From Pavona decussata (lineage: Eukaryota): a DNA stretch of 64,000 nt. The notes below the pieces were generated by a model. The model saw nothing but the letters and a program-made list of their open reading frames with translations. It did no database searches and was not told the origin of the DNA. Every line of letters starts with the position of its first letter. The first letter of the stretch is position 1. Positions 34,804 to 46,400 of the stretch are shown piece after piece. Made by a program: the position numbers and the translations under genes. The DNA lies in assembly GCA_977016875.1 (NCBI GenBank), contig CDRNST010000143.1, positions 434,001 to 498,000 on the forward strand. The letters are read 5' to 3'.

Positions 34804-36924
34804 AGGTCATAACTCAGAGGGCCTATAGCTTGCTTATCTCTCTCTACTTAGCCATTGTGGTCTGTAGACGAATGCCTGGTGGACTATAATTCTGTACATC
34901 TTAGCTCTTTTATTTATTTAATAAACATTCAGTTCGATAAACAAGCAAGCAGCTGCAGGTTATTTTCAACAGACCGTAGCTTTGTACACTGTGTTCTTTA
35001 TTATGTCTTCCAAAGGACATCTAATGGATCCGACGGATAGCCTCAACCAAATAACTGCTTGAACAGACCTATAAATCATCAGCGAAATTTAATTTCAAGC
35101 TAGGTTCGTAATGCTGGGCAATTTGGAACTTCAGTTCAATTTCGCTTGGGCACGAGAAAGGCCGGCTTATAATATCTTATTTTGGACGGGCAACAGCAGT
35201 TCCGAAATGTGAGGAATCCCAAAATGGTACGCTATTTAGAAAATATTCAGCTAAAACAACCGAACAGATTGCAAACCTAAGGCCCAATGAAACGATCTGG
35301 AAAAACAGAAGTAAACAAGCTAAATCAATTTTCTTAAATTTACCTAAATTTGCTCGTGGTGGTGCTCCTGAATTTTGAGCTTCGATAAAGTGAGTGTGTT
35401 TGTTTTACTAGGTACTATAGAAAAACTGCTCTCCAGTTCGTCTGCTTAAAGTGTTGCTAAAACTTACCCATTGTGTCGTGAACCTAATTTGAGTCTCGAT
35501 GGCTCAGAGTCTAATGGCAGGGTTACTTTAAGACGAGTATACATTTAAGTACGAGTATAAATTCTATAGGAAAAGGTATGACAATTGATACTAGTAACAG
35601 TATTTAAGCTTAGCCAACAGTCTTCGAAAATATCAGTCTCCTATGTTTTCTTTTCTCTACACGTTTACAAGTTTGTTGACAATGGATTAGACTTGACAAT
35701 GAATTGGCAAAGTACTTCTATAGATTGCAATGTTACAAAATCTGATTGTGTTGAGAATCTATGGGCACGATCAGCTCAAAGATTGCAATGAAGGAATCAA
35801 CTTGAAGACATTCAATCATTTTGCACGGCATTGAAAATTCCTCTGCAGAGCCAGAGGGTAGTGAACATTTCCACGGCAGCCAAAAGTTAAAAAACATCCC
35901 CTTGGAATTTTTGGTGGGTCTTTCATTAAGTGAAATGTTATTATTATTAGTTCAAAATTTCTTTGTTGTATTCCATGCATTCATATAACTCCTGATCTTC
36001 ATACAAACCTGAGTTCAAATCGTGTGTGCGTTCGTGGAGTGGAGTAAAGAGAAAACTAAAAAAACTTCTTTGCACTGATGCTGCTGGAAAAAAAGACATT
36101 ATGCATAATGCCATACAATGTCCAACATTGACCAATTTGAGGGATGTCTTTGTCCGCACAATTGGAATTTGTTATCGACCTGGGTTGTTATATTTAAAGA
36201 CGACTTACAAGGCTCAAACGGCAATGAAATTTTATTAACACACGTGGTAAGAATTGATAATAAGTAAAAAGGACAGGATCCCTTGATTGACCGACAAGCT
36301 AACTGACTGTCTGATGAACAGATAGATTCACTGACTGAGTGACTAACTTACTGACTGGCTTGCTAATAAACTGGCTAGCTTGCTGGCTGACTGGCAGAAT
36401 GATTGGTCTGCTGACTGGCTTACTAACTGGCTGGTTGTGGAGCTGACTAACTGACTAATTAAATAGTTTGCTGGTTGGTTTGCTGACTGCNNNNNNNNNN
36501 NNNNNNNNNNNNNNNNNNNNNNNNNNNNNNNNNNNNNNNNNNNNNNNNNNNNNNNNNNNNNNNNNNNNNNNNNNNNNNNNNNNNNNNNNNNNNNNNNNNN
36601 NNNNNNNNNNNNNNNNNNNNNNNNNNNNNNNNNNNNNNNNAGTTTCAGACTTACTGACTGACTGATGGACTGAGCAACTGAGTAATAAATCAAGAAAGTG
36701 TATGATAAGAAATGAATGAACTTAAAAAAGCTAAATGAGTATGATCAGTTGCCAAAACGTAGCCAGTAGAAATCAAAAAGTTCATTATCCTGTCTGTTTT
36801 TTGTTCTACAAAATCTGTAGATGCCTAACTAAGTTATTTTTTGTGCACACTGTATCCCTGTATGGCATCTCTTTTCTTATTAGACGTTTAAATCTTAATT
36901 TATTAGCTGGTGCTAACCAGGAAC

Positions 36925-37041
36925 TCTACCACTACAACCACAACCATCACTATTATCATCACTGTGTCTACCACTATATCTACCACTTCCAGTACCACTG
37001 GTACCATAACCACCACTTCCATCATTACCACTACGGCTACT
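36925..37041. repeat. Degenerate (ACC/ACT)n trinucleotide repeat
   Basis: Thr-rich/His-rich translation; runs into an N-gap. Confidence 0.7.
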
Positions 37042-37450
37042 NNNNNNNNNNNNNNNNNNNNNNNNNNNNNNNNNNNNNNNNNNNNNNNNNNNNNNNNNNN
37101 NNNNNNNNNNNNNNNNNNNNNNNNNNNNNNNNNNNNNNNNNNNNNNNNNNNNNNNNNNNNNNNNNNNNNNNNNNNNNNNNNNNNNNNNNNNNNNNNNNNN
37201 NNNNNNNNNNNNNNNNNNNNNNNNNNNNNNNNNNNNNNNNNNNNNNNNNNNNNNNNNNNNNNNNNNNNNNNNNNNNNNNNNNNNNNNNNNNNNNNNNNNN
37301 NNNNNNNNNNNNNNNNNNNNNNNNNNNNNNNNNNNNNNNNNNNNNNNNNNNNNNNNNNNNNNNNNNNNNNNNNNNNNNNNNNNNNNNNNNNNNNNNNNNN
37401 NNNNNNNNNNNNNNNNNNNNNNNNNNNNNNNNNNNNNNNNNNNNNNNNNN

Positions 37451-39699
37451 AAAGAAAAATTTTCAGAAAGAAAAAACAAAAGAACTCGATGAAATATCAT
37501 CAAATCCTGACAAATCATTGTTCTGGAGTTGTCTTAAATCGATAGATGATACAATCCCAACAAAAATCCTCCTTCAATACCAGAAGACAAATGGTTAGAA
37601 CACTTTCAATATTTACACTCCGACGAGCCAAAACCATCTACACATCAAGAAAAAATTTATAATGAGCTACAACAATTAGAAAAAGAAAAAGACCAACTTA
37701 ACTCCTTAGACAAAGTAATAACTCAACAGGAAATACGTCAAGCTGTGAAAAAATTAAAGAATAAGAAATCGCCCTTTTCCGACAGAATAAGGAACGAAAT
37801 GATCAAAGCGAGCCTTGAAACACTAATGCCTCTTTACATCAAACTTTTCAATCATATCCTAAAATCTGGAAAGATGCCAGATGTATGGTGCCAAGGCCTG
37901 ATAACCCCCATTTACAAATCTGGTGACAAGAATGATCCGACAAACTACAGGGGCATCTGTGTATCAAGTTGCCTCGGAAAACTGTTCTGCTCAATCTTAA
38001 ATCAACGTCTACACTCTTATTTAAAAGAAAACAAAATATTACATAACTCACAAATTGGCTTTCTGCCTGAAAACCGCACTGCAGACCATGTTTTTACTCT
38101 TCGAGCCCTGCTAGATAAATACGTTCACTATCACAAAGAAAGGGTCTATGCCTGTTTCGTAGATTTCCGCGAGGCTTTTGACTCCGTCTGGCACGTTGGT
38201 TTATTTTATAAGCTACTCGGTGCTGGCATTGGAGGACAATTTTACAATCTAATTAAAACTCTTTATTGTAATTCTTCCTGTTCTATAAGAATTGGAGACA
38301 ACAAAACACGATCTTTCTCGTACTCCAGGGGTGTCCGTCAAGGGTGTATTCTAAGTCCTCTGTTATTCAACTTTTATATTAACAATCTGCCATATTCATT
38401 TCAAAACGCGTTTTCTGATCCATTTGTCCTCCCAAATGGAAGGAAAATAAACTCATTTCTGTATGCTGATGATTTAATCATTCTGTCGAGATCCAAAACA
38501 GGATTGCAAAACTGTTTAAATACGCTATCTTCTTACTGCAAATCATGGATGCTAAAAATCAATCCTAAGAAGACGAAAGTAATGATCTTTCAGAAACGCT
38601 CAAAGAAATCCGTTGACATTAATTTTAAAATAGACACCGAACCTGTTGAAATTGTTCAGGAATACACTTATTTAGGAACTCGTTTAACCCCAACAGGAAA
38701 TTTCACTCTTGCGTTAGATCACTTAAAAGAAAAGGCCATGCACGCCTTCTCTAACATCCAAAAACACACACTCCTCAGTAAACTAACTCCCAACACAGCA
38801 TCTCAGATCTTCGACACGATGATATTCTCGATCTTAAGCTATAAAAGTGAGGTTTGGGGTATGTACACGAAGCAGGAGTTCAAAACATGGGATAATTCCC
38901 CATTAGAAAAAGTACATTTAAAGTTTTGCAAACGCTATTTGGAGGTAAAAAACAAAGCCTCTAACCTAGCATGTAGGGCTGAGTTAGGGCGATATCCATT
39001 ACTTATTGCAATAAACCAAAAAAGTATGAAATACTTTGTTTACCTAAACAATAAGGAGAATGACTCTATCGTTAAGCAATCTTTTCTGATGTCAAAACAT
39101 TTACACTCCATTAATAATTCCGGTTTTTACTCCAATTTTATGGGCATGTTAGAAAAATACTATTCATCTGATCTAAATCCTGAAAATTTTAGCAATGAGA
39201 CAATAAGGCAAATTGAAACTAATATGAAAAACAAGTATCTGCGTTTCTGGCAACACAACCTTGAACACTCAAGTTCTATAAGGTTTTCAAGAATGAATAC
39301 TCTTCGTCTAATTATTTAACTCATTTAAGAAATTTTCCTGATAGACGAAACCTAGTTAAGTTTAAATTAAGTAACCACAAACTCAGAATTGAAGCTGGTA
39401 GATATCAGAAAGATCATCTTCCTAGAGAGTTAAGATTATGTCAGTTGTGTCAATCAAATCAAGTGGAAAATGAAACTCATTTCTTGTTTCTCTGTAGTTG
39501 CTACTCTTTACAGAGGCAGACATTCTATGAAGACATAAGTAAAATGATACCTGATATTCAAACGAAATCGACATCAGACATTGTGAAACTACTGATGAAC
39601 TCTAAAGACTATAATGTAAACAAACTGGTTATTAAGTTTATTTTTTCATGTATGATTATACGTGACAGGCTATTATTGGATATTGATGATGTAACTTAG
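37451..39699 (+). mobile_element. Non-LTR retrotransposon (LINE, CR1/L2-group-like) ORF2 fragment: reverse transcriptase plus C-terminal Cys/His motif, frameshifted
   Basis: RT motifs NYRGI, SQIGF, FVDFREAFDSV, GVRQGCILSPLLF, LYADD, YTYLG; downstream CQLC..ENETHFLFLC. Frame changes near 37560 and 39270. Both ends abut N-gaps. Confidence 0.92.
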
Positions 39700-41999
39700 A
39701 ATTAATTATATATTGTTATGATACTTTACACTGTTTTGTTAGTAATTAGATTATATAAGCTTTTCAATACCGTAAATCTTGTGGNNNNNNNNNNNNNNNN
39801 NNNNNNNNNNNNNNNNNNNNNNNNNNNNNNNNNNNNNNNNNNNNNNNNNNNNNNNNNNNNNNNNNNNNNNNNNNNNNNNNNNNNNNNNNNNNNNNNNNNN
39901 NNNNNNNNNNNNNNNNNNNNNNNNNNNNNNNNNNNNNNNNNNNNNNNNNNNNNNNNNNNNNNNNNNNNNNNNNNNNNNNNNNNNNNNNNNNNNNNNNNNN
40001 NNNNNNNNNNNNNNNNNNNNNNNNNNNNNNNNNNNNNNNNNNNNNNNNNNNNNNNNNNNNNNNNNNNNNNNNNNNNNNNNNNNNNNNNNNNNNNNNNNNN
40101 NNNNNNNNNNNNNNNNNNNNNNNNNNNNNNNNNNNNNNNNNNNNNNNNNNNNNNNNNNNNNNNNNNNNNNNNNNNNNNNNNNNNNNNNACTACCGATTTT
40201 GTTTGTATTTTTGTTTGTTTGGTTTGTTAATCGAGAAGTTACTTTCCCAGGGACAATAAAAATCATTGCGTGGAGAAAACAAAATAAATAAAAAAATTGC
40301 CATTTAGCCATCGAGGATTATTTGAATTCATGGACAACTGAAGAGCTGGAGAAACTCGTATTTCTAATAATTATTATTTCGTTTGCATCAATGCAAGACT
40401 CAGTTTATTAGTGTGTTTAATCTATTGACATATTTCATTGTTGTTAAATGGTCAATTTCACTTCTTTTGAACGACTTGCGAGAAACCCACCCCAAGTAAA
40501 AATTAAAGTAATTGAAGTTTGCAATTCTCCAATCTCTTAGCAAAGCCGAGTCCACGACATCCAGACTTGGCGCGTGGGTCGGAAGCCAGGAATGCGTGCA
40601 GAACAAAGTTAGCTATGAAATCGTGTGTTTATCATCTAAGCATTCCCTGAATTTACTGGCCAAAGGAAACGTTGAAGCTGAAAGAGATGCTTATTTTATC
40701 CATGAACATGGACAAATTTTCTACACATAGGATGCTAGTTGATGGCCTAGTAAGGAAGCACTAGAGCAGCCGATTGTTCACTACGAATTAAACGCGAATC
40801 GGATTGGCTTAGTCGTCATTTATTTGTCTATAAACGGCAGAGCGTTTATGTCGAGGGACTATTAGCTATGAGCAGAGTTCAATAACGACTACCTGAGACA
40901 AACTCACAAAATGATTGGTTCCATAAGGGCGACGGAAAATTCATTGTTTCACATTTGTTTCTTAAAGCCGTTACTGCAAAAAGTAAATGACCTTTCATTC
41001 CAGCTTCGAATGTACGAGCAAAATCAAGTGGCGTTCAAACTGTTCCTTTTACAAAGTGCACGTTCCCTAAACAACTAGCTCAAAAGGAAGATAGAAAACA
41101 TGTGTTGCAAGTCCCTGAGCTGCAAGACAGGAAATCGCTACAACACTACAGTGACACGGAGCCGTCAATAGTAACTGAACTCTAAAACCGCAAACCTCTC
41201 TTGCCATCATAGCAAATCGCTAGTTAGCTATCTTGCAGGCTTGTATTTATTCTATCGGCAATAAATGTGAAAAATGAAAGGGAAAGAAGACGATTTTAAA
41301 ACAAGAAAAATAATTAAAGGACTAAAACTTCTCGTTGCGCCGATTCTGATCTCGTTCTGCGGTAAACAACACCGGTGGTTCCGTCCCGATGGTTTCGGTT
41401 GTTCCAGTCCGGTGGTTTCGTTCCAGCGTTACTGGTTTTAGCACATGCCCATTTACTCCGTAACATAAAATTTCTTCCACAAGTTTTTGTTCACCCCAAA
41501 ATTTTCTTACGACTAAAAGCCACTGAAAATTGGCATTTCGAATTTCTGAGCTCAACAAATCTGACATTTTGGGGACATTTTTGACAATCAAAATAAGCTA
41601 AGAGGAATACACGTACAAAATACAAAATCATATACAAATGCCAGGTGTGTTGTTAGCGTAAGAGTTGTATCCATACGGGTACATATTTTCGCTGGATGGA
41701 TCTAGACCGCCTCGCCAGATAGTGTCTCTACAGAGCTTTCAAATCGCGTGCTAAACCAAATATTGTTTGTGCTAGGTCATCCGGGTCATTTTCCGTATGA
41801 GCTCTGTTCGTTCATATAGAAATTCGGCCTGTCAAATACGTTGTAACCGTAACAGTAAGTCAAAGGGAATAAACTGTTTTGGCCTAGTATGAAAACGGCA
41901 ACATTGCTGATTCCGTGCTCTCTTTATGATACTTCAGGCGTAATGAAGTGTTTTCTATCCCGGTGGTATATTATCAACTTATTGTTTGCCTGGCGTATT

Positions 42000-42060
42000 T
42001 GACGTCAGCATTCCCAGAAAAACGACCGGAAGTTTGAATCATTGTTAATTTTTCCTAGAA
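42000..42060 (+). promoter_or_regulatory. Putative ZNFX1 proximal promoter (CRE-GAS-ETS-GAS)
   Basis: TGACGTCA 42000-42007, TTCCCAGAA 42011-42019, ACCGGAAGT 42025-42033, TTCCTAGAA 42052-42060, about 1.3 kb before the first coding exon acceptor. Confidence 0.6.
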
Positions 42061-43439
42061 TCACATTTAGTAGAAACCGTACAATTCTGATTTCTGATTA
42101 TCCCTGCTTGTGCCAACCCGTGAAAGTTTTTGGCTCTCAGTTAATTTCAGTTAAATGACTTGACTTTGTGAATGTGTGAAATAACAGGGGCCTCTTCTTG
42201 CTACTGCGCAATACGGTCTGCGCATCTCCGGCACTGGAGATTGCCTCCCGAATGAAGCAGTGTTTGTGCGTGGGTTATGAATATTCGGGAAAAGAAGATA
42301 TTAGCAAACGCTCAGATTAAAATCCAAAATGAACATTGGGGATACGCAGGCATTTCCCAAATATAATTAAGGTTGAATTTGGAAAAAAAAAATGCATGTC
42401 ATACGTTATCAGGCATTTTTAAGTTTTTAGAATTATTACTAATTAATTATCTCTAGTTTTCTTTGTCCATTTAGTAGCCCTTTCTAAGACCTATTTTCGC
42501 GCTGTCAAAAAGCACACAAAAATACCTACACCGTCGACTCTAAGCAAAATACTTTACATATTGGCTCCTCGGTTCCCAGATCGTTTGGAACTCTTTTAAA
42601 GACATATTTGTATATGCACATAAGACAGTTTAATCTTCTCTGATGCTAATTAGCTGAAAATTTAAGTTACAGAACGTTTTAGAGGACAGAATCTAATTCC
42701 AGAATTTACAAGCTCTTGTTTCAGTGTAGAAAAATGCTAAAGGAACTTTTTTCGCATTTTTAAAGCGATATTTTCCCGTTCGAAAAAGGAATTAGTGTTC
42801 CAGTGTTATGACATTCTGAGCTAGCATTTTGCAGAAGGAAACTTTAGATTTTCTTTAGCAAAAAAATCAAGATTTCTGAGGCCCTCCGAACAGATCTCCA
42901 CGCAAATGAACCGTTGCATGGGTGGCCCTGAAATAACTCGGAAAAGATGTGAACTACGAATGAATCATGTTCAATGCCTTGATAGGTCAGTAAGTAGAGG
43001 ACGCCATTATATTGGTATCGCAGAATCATGGATTCGAATCCGAACAAGCCAGAATATAAAATTGATTGATTTAACAACGTCATTGCATGTCATTGATACA
43101 GTAACTTGACTCTCTCAGTAAGTAACCACCAATATAATCTCCATTAAATCAATCATTTCAATGTAATCATTTCAAAGGAAAATGTTTGCAACCAAACACT
43201 TTTTTATTTGTGAATATTGTTTTCATTGATTATTTGCCACACTCTGTGTTTGGAATGTCTTCGTTTTTCCTACTGCTGAGTGGTTCCTTATAAAAGATTC
43301 AAGAAAGGTCTGTTATTGTTCGTAAATTAATTGCTTATGCATCCATTTCTCAGGGACATGGACCCTTCCCCTACCAAGAGATTTTCGGCTCTCTGCTGGT
43401 AAAAGAACAGACTGCGGCCGGAGACAGGTGCCCCAAAAG

Positions 43440-46400
43440 ATGCTTAAAGCTGACTCCAACGATTTGGCTGCTGATGATGAAAAAACGGCTCAAAGAAAAA
43501 GAACCCCAAGCTGTTCTTCAATTGACACAGGAACTCATAGACTTCAGGTTGGCGCTAACAGCCAATCAGACATGATGAAAGATGAATCATTACAAAATAA
43601 ACTACTTGATACTTCAGAGGAAAGTGGGGACCAAAAGGGGACTCGAAAACAAGGAGAAAGGCGTGCGCAAGAACTGAGACGTGAAAGGAAGAAGAGTTCT
43701 GTGGTGAACAACAACGACAACAGCAGACTGCCACAAAATGGTCTTCAAGATTATTCACCACGAATAGACAATAAAAGCAAAGATGGGACAGAAGTAAAAG
43801 GAAAAACACGACCAAAAAATAGAAGTGAAACAACGAAGAGTTTGGTCGTAGACATCAACAATAACGCACTAGGACAGAAGGTTAATGAAATACCAGGAAA
43901 AGAAGATAAGCAAGAAACGAAAAAACATTGTGAGCCGCGACACCCACAAAACAGACGTGATATCGACGCCAAGGACCGAGTAGCACCAAACAGCAGTGAA
44001 AAAAAGTTACCACAAAAGGGTTTACCTCAGTCCGCTGACATTGAGGTTCAAGATGAGTCTTCTGAGAAAGATGAAAGAAAACGAAGACGTCCAAGAAATA
44101 GAAATGCAAGAAAGAAAAGTGGGGCTGCAGATAACAGAACCGACAAGTCACTGCCACATACGGACAGTGCGACTGGAGAAAGAAAAGATGGGCAAGATGG
44201 TACTAAAAAGCAAGACCAAGAACGCCCAAAAAGTAGAAGTGAGACAACGAAAACTGGTGGCGTTACGAAGGACGCCAAAATAGCGCTGGATGACGCTACA
44301 GGGATAGAAACTGAAAGCCAAAATGAGACAAGAAATCTTGGACAAACACGTTCGCAAAGTGGAAGTGAGACAAGGGAGGGATTATTGATGCGAAATCGTG
44401 GCAAACGAAGTCCACAAAATAAAATAAAAGGAAAGGAAAGTGTGGTTGCAAACAACAGTGACAGCAAATTGTTAACAAAGATTGGTCTGACAGGAGATGA
44501 CAAAACGCAAGATGGGGCTAGAAAGCAGGAGGAAAGACACCCAAAATATAAAAATGACGTAAAGAAAACAAAGGAACATGTTGCAGTAAAGAGCAGTGAC
44601 AACACAGGTACATTGCCAAAAAACAATGGTGCGACAGGAAACGATGAAGGAAGACAAGAGAGAACAAAAAAACAGGATCAGAGACGCCAAGAAAATAAAA
44701 ATGACGTAAAGAAAACAGAGGAACATGTTGCAGTAAAGAGCAATGGCAACACATGCACATTGCCAAAAAACAATGGTGCGACAGGAAAAGATGAAGGAAG
44801 ACAAGAGAGAACAAGAAAACAGGATCAGAGACGCCAAGAAAATAAAAATGACGCAAAGAAAACAGACGAGCATGTTGCAGTAAAGAGCAATGACAACACT
44901 TTGACAAAAAACAATGGTGCGACAGGAAAAGATGAAGGAAGACAAGAGAGAACAAGAAAACAGGATCAGAGACGCCAAGAAAATAAAGATGACGTAAACA
45001 AAACAGAGGAACATGTTGCAGTAAAGAGCAATGACAACACTTTGACAAAAAACAATGGTGCGACAGGAAAAGATGAAGGAAGACAAGAGAGAACAAAAAA
45101 ACAGGATCAGAGACGCCAAGAAAATAAAAATGACGCAAAGAAAACAGAGGAACATGTTGCAGTAAAGAGCAATTACAACACATGCACATTGCCAAAAAAC
45201 AATGGTGCGACAGGAAAAGCTGAAGGAAGACAAGAGAGAACAAGAAAACAGGATCAGAGACGCCAAGAAAATAAAAATGACGCAAAGAAAACAGAGGGAC
45301 ATGTTTCAGTAAAGAGCAATGATAACACTTTGACAAAACATAGTGGTGCAACTTGGAAAGATGAACGAAGACAAGGTGACGTAGACAAAACGGAAGAACA
45401 TTTTCCTGGAAAGAACAGTGACAGCTCATTGGCACGGCAAAACAATGGTACGACAAGTAGAGATGAAGGAAGACAAGATGGAGCTGAAAAACAAGATCAA
45501 AAGCGACCAGAAAATAAAAATGACGTAAAGAAAACAAGGGAACACACATTTACAAAGAACCATGGTGCGACAGCAAAAGATGAAGGCAGACAAGAAAGAA
45601 CTAGAAAACAAGATCAAAGGCGACCACAAAATTTGAATGACGTAAAGAAAACAGAGAAGCATGTTGCAGTAAAGAGCAGTGACAACACATTGGCACGGAA
45701 AAACAATGGTACGACAAGTAAAGATGAAAAAAGACAAGAGAGGTCTAGAAAGCAAGATCAAAGGCCACAGGAACATGTCGCAGTAAACAGCAGTGACAAT
45801 TCATTGACACGAAAAAACGATGCTACGACTAGTAAAGATGAAGGAAGAAAAGATGGAACAGAAAATAAAAGTAAAGTAAAAGCAAGTTTTGCTGTAAACA
45901 ACAACACATTGCTGCAAAGGACTGCTGCAACAGAAAAAGCCGATGAAATGCATAGGAAGCAAGAGAGGGGTAAAAAAGGCTCGCAGACTAAAAGTGAGCT
46001 AAAGAAAGCAGAGGAAAGTGTTACTGTAAACAGCAGCAACACTACATTGTCAAAAACAGATGATGCAGGAGGAAAAGATGTAGGGAGACAGGATGGGTCG
46101 AGAGATAGAAAACAAGATACAAAGAACCCGCAAAACAAGAATGGAGTAAAGGAGAGTGTTCCTGTAAACAGCAACAATGCGGGACGGCTTCCAAAGAAAG
46201 GCGCAACAGGAAAAGATGAAGAAAGACACGATGGATCTAAAACACAAAATCAAAAGCGCCCACAAAACAAGAGTGAAGTAAAGAAAAGTGCTCCTGCAAA
46301 AAGCAAGAACACATTGCCACAGAAATGTGGTGCGGCAGGAAAAGATGACAAAAAGCAAGATGCGACTAAAGAAGAAGTTCAAAGACACCTCCGATATAGA

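Larger units (their letters stand above)
31591..36490 (+). repeat. Tandem segmental duplication, copy 2 (about 4.9 kb, runs into gap)
   Basis: Same order of blocks as copy 1, ending in the same degenerate GACT/GGCT repeat. Confidence 0.93.

Noticed and set aside
42906-43109. Upstream ORF as first coding exon of ZNFX1
   Set aside because: Its candidate donors are phase 2 or 0, whereas the acceptor at 43353 needs phase 1; more likely 5' UTR or intron.
44550-45370. Regular repeats that could be mistaken for a CRISPR array
   Set aside because: Contiguous in-frame coding units with no unique spacers, in a eukaryotic gene.
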